This document shows, one piece after another, positions 51,781-64,000 of a stretch of 64,000 nucleotides of DNA (its first letter is position 1; the number at the start of each line of letters is the position of its first letter). Where the stretch lies: NCBI GenBank assembly GCA_013265495.1, contig MU058153.1:1056001-1120000 (forward strand), read 5' to 3'. The notes beneath the pieces were generated by a model. It did no database searches and was not told the origin of the DNA. It worked only from the letters and a program-made list of their open reading frames with translations. Source of the DNA: Vicugna vicugna. Its lineage: Eukaryota. A program made the position numbers and the translations under genes.

Positions 51781-53737
51781 GGGAGCTAAGTTCCAAGGAG
51801 CTAAACTGATCAGTTGGGTTTATATAACAAATTGGTGCAACATGAATAGTCTTATTAGTCAGGATGGTCTTACAGTAGCAAACAAAAGTAAAAATCTCTC
51901 ATTTCTCTCTCTCCCTCTTTAATAGGGCATTCAGGGTGCCCTATAAAAGCTGGTATAGTGAGCATGTATTTCTGCATTCTAATTGAGCTTTCCATAGCAT
52001 GTGCAAACGTCGGTTTATGGGTTTGCTCATTTTTTTTCTTATCATCTAGGTAAAGTATTTGTGTGAAATTACTAAAGAGTTAATTTACAAAGAGCCTTTG
52101 GCCCTAACATATGGCGGTGGTTTGGAAAATGCTACTTTCTGCTAAAGTATGATTTTTTGTGGAGAGTGCAACCACATTTTGAATAGTCTGCACGTGTGAC
52201 TGGAATCATTCATGTGGTAAACATTCCAGCCTAAAGGAAAGTGAAGTATTTGGCAAAAACCATGGATGGCAATGTGAGCTGAAGGTATTTTCCCATTTTT
52301 AGCGTTTTTATAGCTACTTAAATATATTTTGGACTTAGCATTTCACAAATATGTGGAGGCATCTCAGGAAGAAGTTGGTTATTTTAACTGACCCGTGGCT
52401 AAGATAACATAGACAAGTCTGAAATTTTGTAGATTACCATCTGTCTCTAAATCTCTAAGGTCTCCTAATTTTGCAATTGGGAAGTTCTTTCCAATCTTTT
52501 TCTTTCCTATTTAATTTAAAGTTATTCCATCTTGACGCACCAGTAACAACCACAGGCATATGTTGAATGTATTTGGGGAGATACTTTTTCTGTTGCATTA
52601 TCGGTGTGTTTAAATACGGGTGCTATGATTACAACTAGCTACCATTCTCCTCGTGCCCCAGGTGTAGTTCCTAATGTTAGTTCATCTCATTTGATTAAAA
52701 AATTATTTTTGAGACATTGAAAACATTCAAGTATGTCAATGTAATATTGTCAGACCTGTCTTATATTGGTTTTTTTGGAAAGAAATATAAATTTGTAGTT
52801 ACAGCTGATTTTTTTTATTACCCCCAATCGTGACCTGCTGTCCTTATCAGATGAAAATAATCAGGCTAGAGGTAACTACTATCCTGCAGCATTTATGTAT
52901 TCTCAGTGTGTATATTTTGATACATTTATTCCATATGTATGTATCTATAAAGTTGTATAATACTGTTTTATGCTTTTCGTTTGCCCATAGTTTATAGATA
53001 TACTTTTTCACCTTGCTGTTTGCACTTAATATTACAAAGTAATTCTAAGAAACTAGCTCAGTTATTCTGACTGCTGAATGGTAGTATTCTGTTGTATAAG
53101 TCTAATATGAGTTATTTACCCATCTTTCATGGAGGGCATCTAATTATTTACCATTACTCATGATTAGAATAAATGCTTCAGTAAACATCTCTGGACATGT
53201 CTGTATGTACTTCTGTGGGTGTGTTTCTCCAGGAAAGTTGTATTTTAAACTTGTGGTACTCTAATCCCACAGAAGTAAATATATTTTATCTTGGGATCTA
53301 AGACCTGCACACACGCATATATACCTATATGTGGAAAGAGACTTACCTTTAACTTTTCTGCATTCACACGCACACGCATTCACATACACATGCGCACACA
53401 CACACACACACACATATACACATGCGTATGAAAAATATGAATACAGTTTACTCCGGGATTTTGTATTCTATTCTGATGTGGGTAAATTAAAGTGGGTAAA
53501 GGCCCACTGAATTGAATTGGCAATCTCTTGATGGGTTGTAATGATCTGTTTGAAAAATGATGGTGTAGGCTCTATACTTAGCAACAGAACTGCTGTAGAA
53601 AATGGGCATCCTCAGCTTCTTCATATTGCGGAATTGCTCTTTAAAGAGTTTTAAAAATGCACACACTCACCAGTGGTGTAAATAAACTTCTATGCCCTTG
53701 TGTTGTCTATTTTCTTCTCAGTTTTCTACATCTTGTG

Positions 53738-54212
53738 TTTTTTTTTAATTGAGGTATAATTGACAAATAAAAACTGTATAGATTTTAAGATGTACAGCTT
53801 GATATTTTGATGTATATATATATTGTGAATCATCACCACAAACTAATTAACATATCCATCACTTCACACAGTTGCTTTTTTCTTTCTTTCTTTTGTTCCT
53901 TCCTTCTTTCTTTCTTTCTCTATCTCTCTTACTCTCTTTCTCTTTTTTTGTTGTAAGAATACTTAGAATCTAGCTCTTTAGCACATTTCGAGTACACAAT
54001 ACAGTATTGTTAACTACAAGCATCATGCTGTACCTTAGATCTCCAGAACTTATTCATCTTGTATAATCGAAATTTTGTGCCATTTGGCCAACATCCCCTG
54101 CTCCCAAGCATGTGGCAACCATCATTTTACTCTGTGTCTCTATGAGTTTTGGCTATTTTAGATTCCACGTGTAAGTGAGGTGATGCACTCTATGTCATTC
54201 TGTGTCTGGCTT
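53738..54212 (-). mobile_element. L1MA-type 3'UTR fragment within older L1 remnants (about 52700-53700)
   Basis: 'ttaattgaggtataattgacaaataaaaactgtat', 'agatctccagaacttattcatctt', 'ttagattccacgtgtaagtgag'. Confidence 0.85.
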
Positions 54213-56239
54213 TTCCAGTTTTCTCAAAATGTCATTGTCTGGATTTGGAGAGATACGGAGATTCTCTGAAAGAATCAGGTTGGTTTTGGTAAGACCCATC
54301 ACACTGAAAATGTGCATAAACTTTATAACACAATAGGAAGTAGAATGTGGAATTACCTACCTATGGGTAGCAGATATTTCTTTAGGGTGCCTCCCACTCT
54401 CATTCCTAATAACATAAAAGACAATGAACCCAGGTCTCTGGGTTCTTCTCAACCCAGGGCTTCTTTGTAAAAACTTTGCAGAAACCACCAAATTCAGTTT
54501 TTTCCAAGTGTGAAAAAGGGAAGGTTTCAGAAGTTATACACTCATTCACTTACATCTTTACTTTCCTGAATATATTTTGCAGGGCTCATTTGTAGGTCTA
54601 TTATTAAGCCAAATTCAAAGTACTCTACCAGAAGTCAAGTCGTCAATCTTACTAAGCCTCAAAAATGAACAACTTTTTGTTGCCTGACATAGTTCTTTGG
54701 GGTTATTTGTTCCTTGAAGATTTAGAAGTATTTGTCTATAAAATCATTAGACTTGACTTTTGTTTGGATCAGGGGAATTGTAAGGGGGAGGGGTGGTAGG
54801 TGGTTGTGCTCACTGGAGAATGTATTGTTTACTTCCAATTCCATTTCTTTAATGAGCATTCATTTATTCATGTTTCCTACACATTCTTTAATCAGTTTTG
54901 ATATTTAATACTTTTCTTAAAAATTCTCTTTTAATAGGCTTTCTGATATTTTTGGCATAAAATTGTTCATGGCACTCTACTACAATTTTAAAATAACAAT
55001 TTTATTTCAAATTATAGTTTGTTATTTCTCTGAATTATTTCAAATGTTTCCTTTCCATTATCTGCTTTTCCATGGAGAAAAATTCACTATTGCTGAAAAT
55101 CTCTGTGATCATTTTGTCACTGCTGCTGTTTTCTTTAATTTCTGCATTCATCCCAAACCGGTTTTCACATCTTTCTTTTTAAAAAATCTAATGTATTTAG
55201 TCAAATACAAAACCCACTAATATGCCATGTTTCTTTTTTTATAATATACGTGTGTAATTAAAGCTTAAATTGTCATGAAAGTCTTATCATTGTAACCCTT
55301 AAATATTAAAAGTATAGTGTGTTCACTGTCATTCAGTTCCAAATATTTTATAATATTAAGTATAGTTTCTCTTATTTTTACGTGAATAATTTAGTTGGTC
55401 ACAGTGTTCCATATATGTCAGTTAGGTTAAATTCACTCATTGGGTTCAAATCTTCCATAAACTTGACGTTTTAATCAGCCAAAGTCATCAACAGGATTGG
55501 AACTAGTTTTAGTTTTGCTGAGAATCTTTATGATTCCTTTATAGTGATTGTTCTTATTTTTCTTAATTTGTCATATTGCCTTGCTGTTTTGCTTTAAGTG
55601 ACTAAGTGAGGTGTGTTAAAATCTGCTATGATTATTGGATTGCTTATTTCTCCTTTTACTTCTTCCATCTTTAGCTTTATATGTTTTGGGGCCATGTCAT
55701 TGTTATTAGGTGCATCCAGATTTAGAAATGGTGCACCTTACAGTTGTATAACTTCAGGCTTAGTAGGGGTTCCCTCTGCTGTTGGAGTCTTTTTCCTGTC
55801 TCTATTTAGATATGAATTATTTTATTTAGCTCATCCCACTGGCTAAATTTCCTTCTTAATCCCTCATATCTGGCAGTTCCTCCTCCACCTTATTTTTTTT
55901 TCCATAGCTGTGTATTTGTTGTTATCTTTCCTAGATTCATGTCCAACATTTCTGTTAGTTTTGTAATGGGAAGTGTGTTCAGGTTAGTTTAATCTCTTAT
56001 GTGGTCAGAATTAGAAATCCAAACCATAATAATTTGCCCAAAGAAAGGACTTACATTCTAACTAAATAAATCTTATCTAAGGGATTCTTATTTCAAACAA
56101 AACGAGACAAAATAAAAGCTTTATTGCAGTCTATTTTTAGGAGATCTAATTTTCTAAATGATTTCAGAACTAGCAATTTATTCCTACCATTACCCCTACC
56201 AGTAACATCCCTAGTACTCTTTCTACACAAAGTAATAGT

Positions 56240-56480
56240 GGTTAGTAGCTAATACTTGCACGGTGCACATTCTGCGCTAGCTGCATTTTAAACTCCTTTG
56301 CCTGCATTAACTCCTCACTTAATCCTCACACAAATACTCTGAAGTAAATGTTATCACTATTCTCACTTCACAAAGAAAGAGACTGAGGAATAAAAGTTAA
56401 GTAACTTACCCAAGATGACTTAATTATGAAATAACAGAAACAGAATCTGAACTCAGATGGTTGGGCTCGAAAGCCCCATG
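56240..56480 (-). mobile_element. MIR SINE
   Basis: 'cacttaatcctcacac...actgagg...gttaagtaacttacccaag'. Confidence 0.75.
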
Positions 56481-56754
56481 CCTCATCACAACATCAGGGC
56501 AGCATTTAGATATGGGTGTTTGGTCATTCCTTCCTTCAACCAGATGCAAAGACATGACTCTCAATGCGGATTCCTTCCTTTATTTCTCTCTGAGAAGTCT
56601 CTGGTGCTTTGTGTTTGAGGTTGGAGTTGTGTGTGACAAGAGAGGGGCAGAAATGACACACAGACTATTAGCAATCAAACTCAGAGGATGCTGTTTTGCC
56701 TGTATGTTGCCTAATGTGTAATAGGCATTCCAGAAAAAAAAATGTGGATAGTGA

Positions 56755-56960
56755 AAAATAATAGCTATCCTTAATTAGCATTTATCTTATGTCAGAAGTA
56801 GTGCTTTTTGCTTTCCATGGGTTATCTCATTTAAGATTAAAACAAGCTTTCTTAGTAAATACCATTATTATACCCTTTTGCAGTTGAGGAAGCAACTCAG
56901 AAAGTAACTGTGACAAAGTCAGTGATCACCACCTGGATTTGAACTGAGGCCATGTGACTC
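56755..56960 (-). mobile_element. MIR SINE
   Basis: 'ttatctcatttaa...ccattattatacccttttgcagttgaggaa...ggatttgaac'. Confidence 0.65.
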
Positions 56961-59800
56961 TATCATGAGTACAGATGATTATAAAGTGATTTTACCTCCC
57001 CAGGAAAGAATGAATGAAAAAATAGCCACGATTTTCCTTACAATCAAGCTTAGCCTGAAAACCTAGCTGAAACAGTTGTGAGATGTGGCATAATCATATG
57101 CTCTGCACGTCTTATTTTGATGTTTTCCTGGGCAGGTGGAACTTTAACACCTAGAGTTCTATAAGCATATTTAAACTTAGATTTTGTTTCAAAACATTAA
57201 GAAATAGACTATGGGAGTGAATGAAAGAAAGGTACAGACTGACATCAGTTTCTTTTCTGAAATCAATATATTAAAACATTTGATATTGAGTTATATAAAT
57301 TGTAATTATATATTGTGTTTCTGATTGAAGATAGCAGATAGGATATTATCATTATAAATATAATAACTCAGTTCTTGATTGTATGTTTCTGTCAAAAGTC
57401 CCATCGAGATTTGGAATGCTGATGACATAAATACAATAAAAGCACCCTTTATTCACTTATCTCCAGTAAAACAACATTAGAAGAAGATACACTCCCTCTT
57501 CCTTATGGTCAGCACTTCAGGTCTCATGGTTCTCTGTTAAATTTCTTACTTGTTGGGATACAATTTGCAGAGATTCTGTCTTTTAGCATTAGTGTCTCTG
57601 CTTTGGCTTTCATTATAAATTATGTCTTTACACTTAAGTGGTGAAAACACCTTTGGAATGCCTTTGCGCTACTTTTGGAGTAATCATGGTCAGTGGGCAC
57701 CCAGCGACTGTCAGGTCTGTAAAGGGGGTGGCCAGATGTGCAGGAAATGAGAGTGTGCGTTAATATCAGGCCTGTGGGAGTGTCGGTGTCTTCTGGACCC
57801 TAAGAACCAGGAGAGCCTCGCTGCACCCTCACGTCCCTTAACTCTGGCTCTGTGTTATATACTCTGCAGAGTCAACACCATCATGCGGCAAAACGCACAA
57901 CTGGAGACAGAGAGCGGGGCCCTTGTCAGACTGGGTCCCCGAGACAGATCTGCCACCGAACCCGAAGGGAATGAGAAGAGCTGTAACTACTTAAGAGTCC
58001 TAGTATGTAAGCAGTATGATGCGGCACTAAATGCAGCTCTTCGCATTCTAATATCAAGCCTGGATGGCAGGCAGGGATGGAGGGTAGTCGTTATAAACCC
58101 CGTATTAGACGTCTGAAGCCACATCTGCCCATGGTTGGACTCCAAAATATCGCCCTTCCTTTTGTATGCAGGACACATATAAGGACGAGTTAATATTTTT
58201 CCTGGTCTAGTGTTTACTATAAGATAAGTTCCTTTATTTTAATGATGTGGCATAGCTTTTTTAGGAACTATTAGCTCTTTGATTCAGATGTATGGAAAGA
58301 CTACAGTGATTGAGTACATCTAAGAAAACATCAACCTGCACCCTACTTCCATGTGAAAAATCTGACTTTATCACCGAATATTTCTTACCCTTGCTCTTCT
58401 CCCTTAATCCAACTGTACTAATACCATGGATATAACTGGATACAAGGCTAGATGGGAGCTTCCTTATTTCCTTTAGGTGGGACATTATTCTCTTTGAAAT
58501 ATCTTACTTTGTGTAGAACATATTCACTTTCAGCATTTAGAGATATTTATACCCAGAAAGTCCAACTTGGGTCAGTCATTAGAGTAACCATTTTTGAAGT
58601 CAAAATATCTGTGGTGTAAGCAGAAAGGAACATGGAGACCGATGTAAGGTCTGGGTTTTAGCACTTCTTAAACAAGTCACTAGCTATATATTGTTGGTCA
58701 TGTACCTTGTAATTTCACTAAACAGCAGTTGCTACAGTACATTCTAGAACCTTTCAAATTGTCTTGAGAATGATGTGGGACCACACATAAAAAATACACT
58801 GCTTTTTACTGGCAACTCAGAGGTAGCCAAATAGAGCTTATTAAATGAAAACAGAAGCAAAAATATTTAAAATTCATAATGGTGGGAAATTATGATTAAT
58901 TAAAAAGCTAAGTTTTCTTAAGAATGTTTCTCCATTAATTCATTTTAAATACTAGCTGTAATTCAGCCTCGTTCAATTCACCAGCCTCTCTGGGGGGATC
59001 CTTTATTCCTGGCAGAAGTTTGACAACTTGTGGCTTCATGATATATGGATTATATTTTAACAGAGGGATCAACAGCTCATCCAAGTACCTCTGACTCAAG
59101 AGGGAAATAACACTTTTAGGTGGAAGCCTGCGATAGACTTGGACATCTGCATAATGACAAATTAGCATAGGTTTACACAGTACACAGCTCCATTAAAATT
59201 TTGATGTCTTAGAAAGGAACAGAAGGTTGTTAATTTCCTAAGGGAAAATCTCTGGACGATGTAAAGACCTGAAACAAAATCCACCCAATGTGACAGGCGG
59301 GTTGTGAATGACTGAAAAGACGGAAAAGCCCAAGTTCATCACAGGACAAGTGTGTTGCATTGTTCCTAACAAACAGTGGCCCGTTGCAGCTTGGGTGATA
59401 ACAGCCCTCTCATTTTTTTAAGGGAGGCTGAAAATGTGTAGGCTCTCTCTCTCCTGTTTGGTGAGAGGTGACATAGCATAAGCCTGTTCATATGACCTAA
59501 GAGCATAGTTTTCTCATGCAAATACCTGTGCAAATGGAGAGGAGGGAAATCAGGAAAGAGGAAGGACAGAAACGTGAGAAGAAGGAAGGGAGAGTGGAGG
59601 AGGGGAGGGAGGACAAGAAGAATTGGGATGAGGTGGGGGGAGAAAAGGAAAAGAAAAAAGAAAACTAGGGAATCTGCCTGATTTTATGACTTAGCAGCCA
59701 CATGACTATGGGACAAAAGGTGGCTTAATGTGTCAGAGGCTCTGAGATCTGCTTACACGTCCGGCCACACTCTGCAAATGGGAATAACAAGAAATCACTG

Positions 59801-60390
59801 TGTTAACGGAGAGCGGGTTCTTGTCCCGTGGCAGAAAGAATCCAGAGATGAGAGAGGAGGTCAAGGAAGCAAAGCAAGGATTTCAATAGGACACTCTCAA
59901 GGGGAGAGTGGGCAGAGCCAGGCGAGGAGCTGCCCAGAGGTTCTTCCGCAAGCTGGTTATATGGACTGTGAAAATGAACGGGGGGAGTATTCATAGGGGA
60001 GGCAGGGGCTTTGCATCGTATTTCCTGATTTTCATCCCAGCTCCACCCTCCTAAGGGGAGCAGGGATTTTTGTCCTTATTTAGTCTTGATTGGAAGTGTC
60101 ATGGCGTCAGTGCATGATGGGTACTTCTGATCTACAAGGCTGATGTTATTGTAATGAGGGCATCATGAGCAAAACTTCAGACACCAGAGAGTCCCACCTT
60201 TCCCCACCTTTCCTTGTCTGCCTCTAGGATTTTTGTCACTCCAGAATGTGTGGTTTTCTGTCAGTCCACAAGTTCCTGTTTTTCTCCGTCTGCCCAACAA
60301 CCCCCATTGTTTACAAGATGTATACTTCCCTGCCATTTGGCCCGTGGCCCCCTTTCACTGCTCACATCTAGCTCTCTTCCTGCTCTAACA
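59801..60390 (-). mobile_element. ERV solo LTR (ERV1-like)
   Basis: Inverted termini TGTTA...TAACA, flanks actg/actc, raised GC; minus-strand CCAAT and TATA-like 'catataac'. Confidence 0.75.
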
Positions 60391-63300
60391 ACTCCTGTCC
60401 TTCCATTAGGACTAACAGTAGGAATTTGTGAGCAAAAGGTGACTTCACTGCAAAGCTGTCTGGGACGGTGGGTTTCTGTAGAGGTCTTCAAACTCCACGG
60501 GCAGCAGGAGAACATAGGAAAGTGATTCGCAAAACTTGCGCCACCCAAAACTCCTCTAGCATTTTCCTTCTGTCACATGAACCCCATCATCTGCATTGCT
60601 TTCTACTGAGTAGAGTCCCTGGATTTAATGCTATGTAGTGTGTCTTCCGCATCCTTATTAAGCAGTCAGCTGTATATTTCTACTGTCATTCCAGACTGAT
60701 ACTAGAAAACACACTTTCCTCCCTGCGTTGATTTAAATCCAGACACAAAGACACCTGGCCTTTTAGACAGCCTTTGTCTTGTTGTAGATGATGCTAGTCA
60801 CGGCCTCTTTTGAAATATTGACAATAACACCGGGTATTGTTTAAGTGGGAGATTAATAAACATATAAAATGATAATGTTCAAGTAAAAAGGGGAGTGAAT
60901 TGAGACAGAAAACTTCAGACCAGCTGGGGGAATGAATAAAGATGTAAGTGAGGTAGGAAGGAGACCCTGGGGCCCCCTGATAATGTTAAGCAGGTGTTAA
61001 CTTTCCCCTCACCTTTCTACCTGATTATGACTGGTATGTGGCCCACCCTTCCATGTTCTTAGCCCCAGATAAGTGGAGAGATGCATTAGAAGGTGGAAGC
61101 AATGGTTATAGAGTCAGACCCTGCTCCTTGCTAGGGGAGAGATTTAAGAGAATCTCTTGTTTTCCTGAGCTCTGCTTTTCCAGCTGTAAAATGTGGACAC
61201 AGATCTGTGTGATCTTGGTAGCTCCTATTCTAACGTGCTGTCAATTTTTTTTAACATCAATTTCTCAGAGCCTCATTTTTCTTATCTGTAAAAACGGGAA
61301 GAATGCCTACATCACAAGGTGACTTTGCAAATTAAAAGATAGCAGTTGAACATCTTTCCCTATACGAATCTATGTAATTCCTGAATTTAGTTATCAAGAG
61401 TTTATTGAACAGGTATGACACTGTTTGAATCTATTTGAGTCCGGTATTTCACACAGCAAGTGATGAGTTTTTGGATAGTGAGGATTTATCAGATGATTTT
61501 AGTTCCTGGATAGCTATGGAAGCACCTTGCACGTAGGCAACCCTCAGTAAAGATTTACTCTGGTTTCCTTGACCGTGAGGATAGAGACAGCCTTGCTCAG
61601 CTTTGCACCCCCAGTACACAGCACGGTGCCTGACAGTCAGGAGAGCCCCGGGGAGGTCTGTGGCCCTCAGGCAAGTCATGGGATCTTGTTGGGTCTCAAG
61701 TCCTGGGCTGTAAAATGTGCTCAACAGTATCCATCCCCCATGGAGTGGTTGGAAAAATGGTAAACGATCGTTTCAAAAAGGGTAAAATCATGACTCTCAT
61801 ACAGATAACAAAGTGAAGAAGTGTGAAAGATTTTACATAACTCATTAATCAGTGAGAGAACCAGGAGTGATATAACCAGTTAAAAAGAAAAATCCAAAAC
61901 AAAGACACATTTATAGATTCAGAATATTGAAATTAACGTGCTAAGGAGGTAAAACTAGCTTCTTGCACAAAGTTAATTGAACCTCTACTAGACAGGATAA
62001 AATATGTCTATAGAGAAGAATTATTTTGTACTGCTAACAGCTATGTATATTTTACAGAGTTGTAAATTCTGTAGAATTCTTCCATAGAATCAGAATCACA
62101 TAAGCAGAAAGGTGTGCTGTGGACAATGTATACAGTTTTCCATTGAAGCACAACATTTTCCCCACATAAGTAAGTTAGATAATCATGTAAATTACTTAGC
62201 TTGTGCCTAGCACATAGCAGATTTCCGATAAATGGTTATTTTTAAAAATTGTAACGAGGAAGCAGTGACAATGATACAGACTATTTTGTAGAGACTCAAT
62301 AAATTGAATCAGAACTTCAGCTCGAACAATGACTTAATCTATATTTTAGATGAGGTATTTTTCCTCTCATGAAATTCAGGGTCCTCCTCCTCTTTTTTAA
62401 CTCTTAGCTCTACTTTATTTCTATAACACGTGCTAAGAAGAGTCTGCAAATTGCTGAGCAAATTTAGACATTTCTCTCTAGAGTTAAATATTGTCCTAAT
62501 GGGAATTCTTACAATAGCACAGAATGACATTGAGGAGAACCAAGTTCGACACAAACTTAACAATGGCTGTTTATTTATGTATTTGAGGAAAGAAGACTCC
62601 TCTGCTGTCACTTTTGTTTAAGCAATGGTTCAAAGTGTTGAAAAGGGGAGTTAATTTTATGGAGTCAAGGGACATATTACTGAGACTGTATCTAATTGGC
62701 AAGGGTTCTATTAAGTTCAGGAGATTTTCTAAATGGTACATTTGACAGTTCTTGGTTGGCTGTAAGGGAACAAGAAAGAAGTTTGGGGATGTTTCAAAAG
62801 AGGAAGTATTGTTCACTGTGCAAGCAGAGGATTTTCTGTGTCTGATCGCCTAGAACAAGAAGGGGTCCATGGGGTTCTTTGTTGATGTCATAATGATTGT
62901 AATAGGTTTGGAGGAGAGAACCACAATGACTGATGGTTTCTGAATATAAACCAGTTAATATAAGAGAGAGTTAAAACATTAATATGGTTTAGATGTGAAT
63001 GAAATGATTTTGTTGAATTTAGTTAAAGTAGCCCATGAATCCAAAATAGACCTTTGAAATTTCAGGTCAAAACAATTGTGATGGGGAAAAGAAAAATTAT
63101 GTGGTTAAGGAATCTGACCTTATGATATGACATATAATGACATGAAATTTATTACAAGTTTTTCCCTGGAAGTCAGCATAGCCCAATGTCCAAGCCACTC
63201 TTTTTCTTTTGTCTTAAGACAGATTCAGTGTGAAAATGTTTTTTGATATTAATTATTTAGACAAAGCAAAACAATAATTGATGGTCCTCTCCCACTCCTG

Positions 63301-63469
63301 AGTAACAAAAGAGTAAGAGCAATGGATCGAGCTTAGCTGGTCTTAAAATCTGACCTCCCTGACTTCTAAGTTTTTTCCCTATGATCTGAAAAATGAAGCT
63401 AATAAACACATGCCAGACAGAGACCTATAGGTAATGAGTGCTTAGAAAAGTAGTTATACGAATTGAGTA

Positions 63470-63565
63470 AGATTATACATATTGTATATATTTCAAATAT
63501 TATACATATATATGATATATGTTTATATATATTACATATATATATATTCTATATATGCTATATAA
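63470..63565. repeat. Degenerate (TA)n low-complexity tract
   Basis: Directly visible. Confidence 0.8.
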
Positions 63566-64000
63566 CTGGCAAAACCCCAGCCCCATGGTAACTTCTCAAA
63601 TTTAAACTGTTTTTCACCTTCTCAGGTCATGCAAGAACAAGAACATTTAGTGAAGTCTATTACATTGAGCCCCTATACATTTTTAGGAAGCCTTTGTCAT
63701 TTACCTGGGCTTCTACTAGGTGTTAATTATAGATACAAAACAACATTAACATGTAATATAGTTCTTAAAAGGGAAATTTTTTTCTTCCTACCCTTTCTGG
63801 TCAACCAATAATAAAAATACTCAAGTATTTTTGGTGTGAGTTATGAGTGCTATAATCTTTTTGATCAACCATCATTTATTGAACATTATATATTCCTAAA
63901 TATATCCTTTTATTCTGTTTTATATAGGAGTTACTGGGAGAGCAGAGATAACCTGTGTAGAATAACAATATGGAAACATCCTGAAACCGCGCTGGAGTCT

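Noticed and set aside
52028..52056. Recursive splice site-like pyrimidine tract-TAG|GTAAAG
   Set aside because: Weak donor and no host gene established
63605..63811. Strong acceptor followed by a 60-aa ORF
   Set aside because: No convincing donor or recognisable peptide

Overview
AT-rich eutherian mammal DNA that looks intergenic or deep intronic. It is probably camelid, inferred from a tRNA-Ala-derived SINE with a CCTAATTACC tail and no recognisable Alu, B1 or BovB. I cannot support any intact protein-coding gene, functional RNA gene, CRISPR array or prokaryote-type system. The only ORFs resembling known proteins are broken LINE-1 ORF2 pieces. The window is dominated by transposable elements: a formerly full-length L1 (about 15990-23130) carrying a nested L1 and a large endonuclease-domain deletion, young 5'-truncated L1s with clear target-site duplications (TSDs), ERV/MaLR solo LTRs, hAT MITEs, MIRs and L2s. 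There are two assembly gaps, one flanked by a probable false duplication. The most noteworthy items are two L1s with extra non-L1 3' sequence inside their TSDs (one resembling a SINE tail), a close inverted L1 pair, a TCF/LEF motif cluster at 7.6-8.0 kb and candidate splice-signal-bounded exons. I found no convincing novel biological system. Repeat family names come from recalled consensus similarity, not a database search, and boundaries of old repeats are approximate.
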